A stretch of 64,000 nucleotides of DNA from Eledone cirrhosa (lineage: Eukaryota). Below are positions 54,948 to 64,000 of this stretch, piece after piece. Below the pieces are notes generated by a model. The model worked only from the letters and a program-made list of their open reading frames with translations. It did not search any database and was not told the DNA's origin. Where the stretch lies: the NCBI GenBank assembly GCA_964016885.1, contig OZ024760.1:12400001-12464000 (forward strand). The letters run 5' to 3'. A program made the position numbers and the translations under genes. The first letter of the stretch is position 1. Each line of letters begins with the position of its first letter.

Positions 54948-55307
54948 GGGTTGCTTCAGATCCCCTTGACCTTATAGGGAACCCAACAGGAGTTAAGAAT
55001 TTTTTTCTAAATCTCTGCAGCGCCAATATTGTTGGCTAGCCAGTCATTGGCTCTACTTCGGGTCCAGTAGTCTCTTTTTGTTGCTGTGGTCAGTATTGTT
55101 TTGTTCTGTTGAGGTTTCTAGCAATCGTATCGACTGGCACCATCCTCAATAGGGTTGCCCTGTGGTGGGGAGCCGGTCTAGTCACCCATAGCCCTCGTCG
55201 AACATGCAACAGGTTGCAATAAACTACATGGATGTGTGTGTGTGTGTATATATATACTCACTGGCAAAATTCGTATATATACATGTGTGTGTGTGTGTGT
55301 ATGTATG

Positions 55308-55490
55308 TTGATCCCGAGTTAAATCGGGGGTAACCACAGTAAATAAGGTACTCAATACATTAGTAGAGTGTAAACATAATTATTTCATATGGAAATGGCT
55401 TCTACGGGACTAGAACTGTTTCATTCACCAGAAATGCCCACCTTATGATTTTATACAAATGAAACAGGTCTAGTCTAGTCCTATAAAGTC
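55308..55490 (-). mobile_element. family B fold-back element
   Basis: Reverse complement of the 59186-59377 tail plus degenerate inverted hammerhead arms. Confidence 0.75.
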
Positions 55491-55525
55491 ATTTTTATAT
55501 GAAATTTATATATACACATACACAC

Positions 55526-55561
<36 letters not shown>

Positions 55562-55737
55562 AAGAGAGAAAGAGGGAGAAAGAGGGAGAGAGAAAGAGAA
55601 AGAGAAAGAGAAAGAAGTCATGTGTGAGAGAGAGAGAGTCAATGTATATGAGAAAAAAAACAATACAAGAGAACAACACACTACGTTGATGGTATATTAG
55701 TTTAACTCTTGCAATAGTGCAATAGCTGGAAAAGGGA

Positions 55738-55772
55738 ATTAACGTTTCGGATGCTAGTCCTTCATCGGAAGA
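55738..55772 (-). ncRNA. minimal Penelope-type hammerhead motif, degenerate
   Basis: Minus strand: CCGATGA A GGA CTAGCA TCC GAAAC GTT; U4 changed to C and a weak stem I. Confidence 0.45.
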
Positions 55773-56044
55773 TAGAAAAAAAGAGAAGAGATGGTGTTTC
55801 AGAGAGAGAGAATATAATGGTTTCTGCAATGGAAGACAGACAAGAGTAAGAAGGAAACGGGGTATAGAGTGTAGGGGGTGGGGGGAAAGAGAAAGCACGT
55901 GTTATTGTTAGTCAGCCATCTTGAAAGAACTAGACGGCTTTACGTGTGAAACCACTGGTTATGCGGAAATAAGTCAAATTGTTCATAGAAATACTTTCAC
56001 AATTCCCACATTTTGACTGTTGCTCTTCTTCCGTTTGTACCTAC

Positions 56045-56098
<54 letters not shown>

Positions 56099-56438
56099 GT
56101 ATACACACACATATATATACACCCACACATATACACACATACACATATATATATACACATACATATACACACACATACACATATATACACACACATATAT
56201 ATACACACACACATACACATATATATACACACACATACACATATATACACACACATACATATATATATACACACATACATATATATATACACATACATAT
56301 ATATATACACATACATATATATATACACATACATACATATATATATACACATACATACATATATACACATACATACATATATACACATACATACATATAT
56401 ACACATACATACATATATACACATACATACATATATAC

Positions 56439-56504
<66 letters not shown>

Positions 56505-57724
56505 TAATGACCCCAGCTGACGTTGCTTGCTCATAACCGTCTCTAAAATGCATAATTTGCAGAAATATATATTTTTTCGATATACACATACATATATACA
56601 TGATATACACACATGACATACATATATACAAGATGGAAACATATATATATATATACCTAACAAGCACATATGATGCATATATACACACATACATGTATAC
56701 ATGGTACACACACACATACATACATGCATACATATATATATATATGATATACATACATGCTGGTGTGTGCACTACGTTTGAATAACGCAATCGTCGAGAG
56801 TGTGTGTATATATATATATATAATTATATAGTGTGTATATAGAACGTAAGACTGGGTGGAAATTGACAAGAGACCTATTTTAACATACATGACACATATA
56901 TACACTTACATACATCACACACAGAGGGGATATATACAGAGAGAGAGAGAGGACATACATTCATGGCACATACACACATATATAGACATGATGCAAGCAT
57001 TCATACATACATACATCACACACACACAGAGGACACATACACACGACGCACACACACACACACACACACAGACACGATGACACACGCATTCATACATACA
57101 TGACACATACATAATTACATACACCACTCACACAGTGTTTGCATGTCATGTATGTATATATACATATGTGAGTGTATAATGATAAATACAAACGACACAT
57201 ACACACACAACATACATACACACACACACACACACACAACATATATACACACACAATATGTGTTGAAGGATAGCAAATTCGGTTAAACACACATTTCATC
57301 CATACATCCATCCATATACATATCCATTCACACACATACATCCATACATACACATATCCATCCATTCACACACACACACACACACACAATAAATCTCCGG
57401 CAATCCTTCGATATAGGTAGCCACAATGTAAACAAGAATCTTGTTCTTCTGCCAGTCTCTCATTTAAATAAAACAACTACCAACTGCCAACTACTACTTT
57501 AACACCAATAAAATATACTACTAACAGTTGAAATTTATTGCAATAAATACTACTACTACTTATATATATATGTATATATATATATATATATTATATATAT
57601 ATATATATATTATATATATATATATATGGAACATAATTTAATTTTGAAGCATTTTATTTTAACCAAATAAGCAGAATTCCTGCAGATACATGTAAAAGAC
57701 AGAAAGAAATGTCCATTTATGTTA

Positions 57725-57758
<34 letters not shown>

Positions 57759-58054
57759 TAACATATATATATATATATATATATATGGTAACATATATAT
57801 ATATTTATCTTATTATAATTACATCACTCGGTGCGAGAAGAAAATGTCTAAATTTAAATTATTTTACGACAACATTTTAATTTAAGAAAATTTGAAAGAT
57901 ATATTTATAAAAGTGACGATGATAAATTAAAACCTTGAATCTCCACAATGAAGGAAAAGCATATGATATCATTATATATATATATACATATATACATATA
58001 TATATATATATTTACTTTTCCTATATATATATATATAGATATATAGATATATAT

Positions 58055-58190
58055 AACGAAGGAAATGTGGTAAGGAACCAGATGGACCATAACGCACCAA
58101 AGTACTCAATACTTAGGGTAGTAGAGTGGGTAATAGGAACAAGTAGGACTCCGATGGCTGGGCTCAAGCCGTTTCGACGGCTAATTCTGA
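58055..58190 (-). mobile_element. family A element (single arm)
   Basis: Tail plus one arm, ending at the stem II half GACGGCTAATTCTG. Confidence 0.8.
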
Positions 58191-58210
58191 TATATACAGT
58201 ATATATATAC

Positions 58211-58329
58211 ACACCTAACACCTTTTGTAACTGTACTCCTTGTTTGTTATTTACTTTTCCTATATATATACACATATATATTGGAAAAGTAAATAACAAT
58301 AAGGAGTACAGTTACGAAAGGTGTTAGGT
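58211..58329. repeat. ~50-bp inverted repeat around a (TA)-rich spacer
   Basis: ACCTAACACCTTTTGTAACTGTACTCC...TTTTCC / GGAAAA...GGAGTACAGTTACGAAAGGTGTTAGGT. Confidence 0.8.
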
Positions 58330-58422
58330 ATATATATATATATATTAAATGTATACATTACACGCTATACAAACTATATACCACTTCATGTACGTCTAAC
58401 ATCATAAAAGACACTTGATATA

Positions 58423-58533
58423 TACACCGTGTCCTCCAAAAAAAAAAATGTATACACACTTCAACAGCATTCTAATAAATATTGCTTGTACAGGTAATCA
58501 AAGTATGCATACATTTTTGGGGTACACCCTGTA
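58423..58533. mobile_element. short Tc1/mariner-type MITE
   Basis: TA-CA..GTGTCC...ACACCCTG-TA termini. Confidence 0.65.
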
Positions 58534-58555
58534 TATGTATACACACACACACACT

Positions 58556-58738
58556 TTATTAAGGCTAAATGGTGAGTCTTGTTACTGTGGAGTTTCGCCA
58601 GTTTATCACAGGGTCATCAGGCGAAACTCCAGAGCAACAAGGCTCACTAATTAAACCATAATAATAATAATAATAATAATAAATATTAAAACTCTACATC
58701 GGCATTGAGTACTCCTTTCCCTCAGCCATCAACCACAC
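58556..58738 (+). mobile_element. family C fold-back element retaining a hammerhead core on the minus strand
   Basis: Minus strand 58620-58571: CTGATGA CCC...TGGC GAAACTCCACAGTA ACAAGACTC; tail GCATTGAGTACTCC. Confidence 0.75.
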
Positions 58739-58879
58739 GCACACATACACATATATATATATATAGAGTCAGTGTACACATACATTATTTCATACAAGAA
58801 AGAACGAGTGTTCGTCTGTTTTGTAAATAAATAGCTGAAGTCTTTTTCATTGAAAGATTTGATAGAAAGCCAAGATGGT

Positions 58880-58960
<81 letters not shown>

Positions 58961-59185
58961 CACACACACAGTATTTGTTTGTATGGCGTGTAATGTATAG
59001 ATTAGATATTAAATATATAGATATCAAAACAGACTTTGTGGTGTAGTTAGAAATGGGGAGTATGTGTGTGTGGAGTACTTGTTTATGTGGCGTGTAATGT
59101 AGAGATTAATATACATACATACACACACACACACTATATATATATATATATAATATATATATTATATAAAGAGAGAGAGAGAGAG

Positions 59186-59373
59186 AGAAATGGCTTCTAC
59201 AGGACTAGAACTGTTTCAGTCGAAGGAAATCATCAGGGCTTTCCAGATGATTTCCTTCGAATGAAACAGTTCTAGTCCTGTAGAAGCCATTTCTATATTG
59301 AATTTTGTTGTATACACTCTACTAATGTATTGAGTACTTTACTCACTGTTAGGTTACCCCCGATTGAAACGGA

Positions 59374-59377
<4 letters not shown>
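59186..59377 (+). mobile_element. family B fold-back element with two head-to-head hammerhead motifs
   Basis: Palindrome 59186-59295 with TCATCAG (59230-59236) and CAGATGA (59244-59250) at the centre; tail ATTGAGTACT at 59329-59338. Confidence 0.85.
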
Positions 59378-59423
<46 letters not shown>

Positions 59424-59878
59424 ATGGTGTAGATAGTGTTGAGGGGGTATATATTATAACTTTGTGTAGCGTGTAATGTGTACATTAGATATTAATATAT
59501 ATATATATAGAGAGAGAGAGATATGACATACTTGAGATGGTATATAGTTTGTGTGGTGTATAATATGTAGATCTGATATAAATATCAAGTGGCTTTTATG
59601 ATATATACACACACACACACACACCCACGAGGGGTATATAGCTTATGTGGCGTATAATATATAGATTATATACCAACATATATATATAAATATATAGATA
59701 TGAAATGGCTTTATTGTCTGTAAAAATCCAAGCTGTATATATTATGTATATAGAGGCGATCCTTAGTAAACGTGATCAAAGTGTAGTAGTCGGATTTTCA
59801 ATAAAACATGTTTGGTTGAAAGAAAAGCTGTTCCCTATTATATTGAGTTGGGAACACAGACCATATACAGACACACAA

Positions 59879-59944
<66 letters not shown>

Positions 59945-60081
59945 CAAAGGCAGATTTATATATGTAGGGTTCAAAGGAAAATAGATCATTATTATGATCA
60001 TATGTAATTTTATATTCAACTCGCTTGAAACATGTGTAAGGAAATACATACGATTCAAAAGCAGATTTTTCCACCTATATA

Positions 60082-60141
<60 letters not shown>

Positions 60142-60320
60142 CACATATATACACACACACATATATATATATATATAAATACATCCATATATATATATAT
60201 ACACACACACACACATAGTCAAAATATGAAATCATTATTTATTCTTACAAATACGACACACGTTTCAATACGGCTAATAAATAAATAAATATATATATAT
60301 ATACATTTATATATATATAC

Positions 60321-60359
<39 letters not shown>

Positions 60360-61045
60360 CATATACATACACACAAATTATATATGTATGTATGTAAAAA
60401 CATGGGAAGTTTGTAAAGACAAGAGACAGAATAGAAAGGTGAAGAAGAAAAGAAACACTATGTAATTTTTATTGTTTCAATTAGGAATATATTAGTGCTT
60501 GATAGCTAGCGAAGGCTTTAGTGTTGTCACTTCTACTCCATACAACTAACAGCAGCTCCTTCAACTACTGTAATGACCCCAGAATATATAGTAATGATTG
60601 TTACTACTATAGGCACGGGGCCAGCAATTTAGGGAGCGATAGAGGGGAAACAAGCACCTTAACAAACACTTGATCGTCTTGTGAAAAAAAAGAGGTGGGT
60701 GCTCACAGACATACAAAACTATCTACATACACACACATAGATTGAGAGACAGACGTGTGGTTACATACATATATAAATATATATACACACGCTCAGACAT
60801 ACACACATACATAAATATACATACACACGCTCAAACACACATATAAATATACATACATACATTCACATACACATACATAAATATACATACACACACACAT
60901 AAATATAAATACACACGCTCAAACATATATAAATATACATTCACACGCTCAAACAAACACACATACACACGCGCAAACACACATACACACATATATACAT
61001 ACACATACACACAGATATATTATCAAATTAACGAAGATCACTAAA

Positions 61046-61126
61046 TACAGGGTGCCCCCAAAAATGTATACACACTTCAATAGCAATATAATCAAAGAGT
61101 GTATACATTTTTTGGGACACCCTGTA
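61046..61126. mobile_element. short Tc1/mariner-type MITE
   Basis: TA-CAGGGTGCCCCCAAAAATGTATACAC / GTGTATACATTTTTTGGGACACCCTG-TA. Confidence 0.8.
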
Positions 61127-61268
61127 TATATATTTGAGCGTGTGTATTTATTTATATGTAATCACCGATCTATATATAATGTATACAATGTATACGTATA
61201 TATACATATACATATTTGAGCGTGTATGTATATATTTATGTATGTAATCATCAGTCTATTTATCAATC

Positions 61269-61333
<65 letters not shown>

Positions 61334-62044
61334 AAGATTCAATGAGTACATCAAAGAATGAGTTTTACAGAATGAGTTTTACACATATATATATGTAAAT
61401 ATATATATATATATATACACCACACTCCTTCACAAACGAAAGGACTGTTTTAAAACAATTTTAAACGAGACTAGATGTAACCGAAAGAAGAAAAAATTGT
61501 AGAAATATATGAACTAATGTTGTTCCCGAAACAAGAAGAATTTAAACATTTTGATAAATTTAAAATAACAGAGAAGAAGAATTAAAAGACTCACTTACCA
61601 ATTAAATATGTATAAATAAATATATTTATATATATAATATATATATGATATATATTATATATATGTATCTCTCTCAATGTGTAGAATAATCCTGTAATTA
61701 AAGCAGTACGTGCATTATAAAACGACTATACATATGTATATATATGTATGTGTATATATATATATATATTATATATATATGTGTGTGTGTGTGGGTATAT
61801 ATTTGTGACTGTGTGTGACTATGAGTCTCACACACTCACCGTCAGCTCCGACTCTTCCTCCTCACTCTCCTCCGACTGCAACTACTTCCTACTTACTTCT
61901 ACTCTTACTACTTCTCTTTCGATAGATACTTCTCACTATGCTGGGGAAACAGAGAGACACTTGCGTGCTTCTCTTACTCTTTCGATAGATACTAGTTACT
62001 ATGCTTTCTCTCTCTCTCTCTCTATATATATATACATACATACA

Positions 62045-62077
<33 letters not shown>

Positions 62078-62190
62078 TAGTGTATGTGTGTATGCTTGTC
62101 TGTCTCTCTCTACATACATGTGTGTGTGTATATATATTAGTGTATGTGTGTCTCTCTCTCTCTCTCTACATACATGTGTGTGTATGTCTG

Positions 62191-62222
<32 letters not shown>

Positions 62223-62736
62223 CATGTGTCTGTGTGTATGTATATATATATTAGTGTGTGTGTGTGTATGAGTATGTCTGTCTCTCTCTCTCTGTATATA
62301 TATATATATATATGTATGTGTATATGAGTATATCTCTCTTTCTTTCTCTCTCCCTCTTCCTTTCTGTCCCCACTCCTTCTCTTCTATATTTCTCTCTTTC
62401 TTTTCCTTCCTTCCTTCCTCTCTTCTTCTTCCTACCAATTGCTTTACTTCCTCTTCCCCTTACAGCTATATAATTTCTTTGTACACATACCCACACATAC
62501 ATATATACATACATACACACACATTTATATATATACATACACACACAGACATATATATATATATATATATACACATAAAAATACAAACATACACACATAT
62601 ATATCCACATATACATATATACATAAACACATATACATACACATATAGACATACATACACACAATTATATGTATGTGTACACATATATTTATATATATAT
62701 ATATCTACACACACATCCACATATGTGTGCGTGTTC

Positions 62737-62790
<54 letters not shown>

Positions 62791-63166
62791 ATGTGTGTGT
62801 GTGTGTGAGTACATGTGCGTGTATAAATATATATATGTATGTATAGTGTGTGTATATTACAAATAACATACACACATACATATAACATGTACATTACATT
62901 GTCACGTGTATGTGTTGTTGTTTAGCCCAGGGCGGCCATTTCTAACCAACCACCATTATCATCAAAAGCGGTCACTGGGTGAATATTCTGTGTTTTTCCT
63001 CAGTGATATGCTGAGCTCCGCTATCCAATATGGACGGAGCCAGACCGAACGGTCAAGTGGTCAAGGAATTCGCTTCTCAATCATTAGGTCCGTGGTTCGA
63101 GCCGACAGCAAGAGAAGGCATCTTGCGCAAATGTAGATTTTACCACAGCCTCCGGTCTACCCACAC

Positions 63167-63331
63167 CAGGTCTGGATTTAGATCTTGGGGGCCCCCGGGG
63201 CACTTCAGGTGGGGTGGGGGTGCCCTTCATACAAAAAAAAAAAAAAAAAAAAAAAAAAAAGAATACACAGCAACCACTGCAGGGAGCCCAGGGGCAATTA
63301 CCCGCTTTGCTTGCCATTAAATCCAGCCCCG
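63167..63331. mobile_element. hAT-like MITE
   Basis: TIR-like CAGGTCTGGATTTA / TAAATCCAGCCCCG with GGGGCCCC subterminal motif; target-site duplication not clean. Confidence 0.55.
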
Positions 63332-63334
63332 TCC

Positions 63335-63602
63335 ATACTCGGAGATGAGACAGTTGCTCCAGTTAGAGCCGCTACTTCTCCGAATTGAGAGATCGCAGCT
63401 CCGATATTGCGGACATGTGGTTAGAATGTCTCAGGAAAGAATCGAACAAGAAAGATGGTTGGATAACATGAACTCGACTGGTCTTGCTTGGGGATCCAGC
63501 TGGATCAATTGGAAATGGTTGCCTCTGACAGGACCCGCTGGAAGGAGTATTTGAGGAATCTGCCCCCGCGACCCTCACAGGAATTAGTGGGCGAAGAAGA
63601 TA
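63335..63602 (+). mobile_element. RTE-clade LINE 3' end
   Basis: LEPLLLRIERSQLRYCGHVVRMSQERIE..RWLDN, ending in GAAGAAGA. Confidence 0.8.
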
Positions 63603-63769
63603 GGAACACGAAGGACAGAAAGTATTTGAAAGGCCGTCAGACGGACTACTGACCCAATAACTCTAAGGGCCCAGCCTTGTCACACAGTGTGTCATGCTGA
63701 ATCTCCCTGAGAATTATTTTTTAAGAGTACACAAATCTGTGAAATGCTTGAGCAAAACACTTCATTTTA

Positions 63770-64000
63770 CGTTGCCCCAGTGGTAAGGGTGTTGGACTTA
63801 CCATAATAATGCTATGGGTTCGATTCTTGGGCTGGGTTGTGTTGTGTTCCTGAGCAAAACACTTCATTTCCTGTTGTTTCAGAATACTCAGCTGAAAAAA
63901 TGAGTAACAACAGCAATAGCTGGGGGTTTAACCCTGCGATGGTCTGGCGTCCTGTCCAGGGGGAGTCTTGTACTCTCAGTCACTTTACGCCATGGAAAAC
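63770..64000 (+). mobile_element. tRNA-derived CORE-like SINE
   Basis: GGTTCGATTC B box, CCTGAGCAAAACACTTCATTTC...CTCAGCTG, then CCCTGCGATGGTCTGGCGTCCTGTCCAGGG. Confidence 0.7.

Noticed and set aside
56500-56580. Helitron-like 5' motif TAGT..GACCCC..GACGTTGC
   Set aside because: Single short copy with no matching 3' hairpin/CTRR end.
61834-61878. Possible 36-nt minus-strand exon (SEESEEEESELT) with GTGAGT donor
   Set aside because: No polypyrimidine tract at the putative acceptor and no supporting neighbours.
61930-61970. YAGETERHLR peptide resembling the second GIY-YIG motif
   Set aside because: Only about 10 residues, between duplicated low-complexity flanks, with no other endonuclease motifs; probably chance.

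Overview
Repeat-saturated eukaryotic (animal) genomic DNA, most likely an octopod cephalopod, judging by extreme (TA)n/(CA)n/(GGT)n/(AG)n microsatellite density and tRNA-derived SINEs with CORE-like and Nin/Deu-like central domains (taxonomic call is inference). Almost all ORFs in the track are microsatellite or minisatellite artefacts. Real protein-coding remnants are all from retrotransposons: an RTE-type reverse transcriptase 3' half (37395-38340, minus), several RTE 3' ends (one amplified into a 123-bp satellite), and a CRE-like restriction-endonuclease fragment (14300-14725). There are piggyBac-, Tc1/mariner- and hAT-type MITEs and several minisatellites. The most interesting signal is about 20 short (90-400 bp) elements in at least four sequence families, sitting in (TA)n/(CA)n tracts. 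They carry type I hammerhead-ribozyme motifs (one looks complete at 36078-36130, minus), an inverted fold-back duplication centred on or next to the ribozyme, and in three families a shared ATTGAGTACT motif in the tail. These are probably ultra-short Penelope-like retroelement insertions or non-autonomous derivatives. A CpG-richer island with a possible promoter and first exon lies at about 35150-35440. No host gene could be identified.
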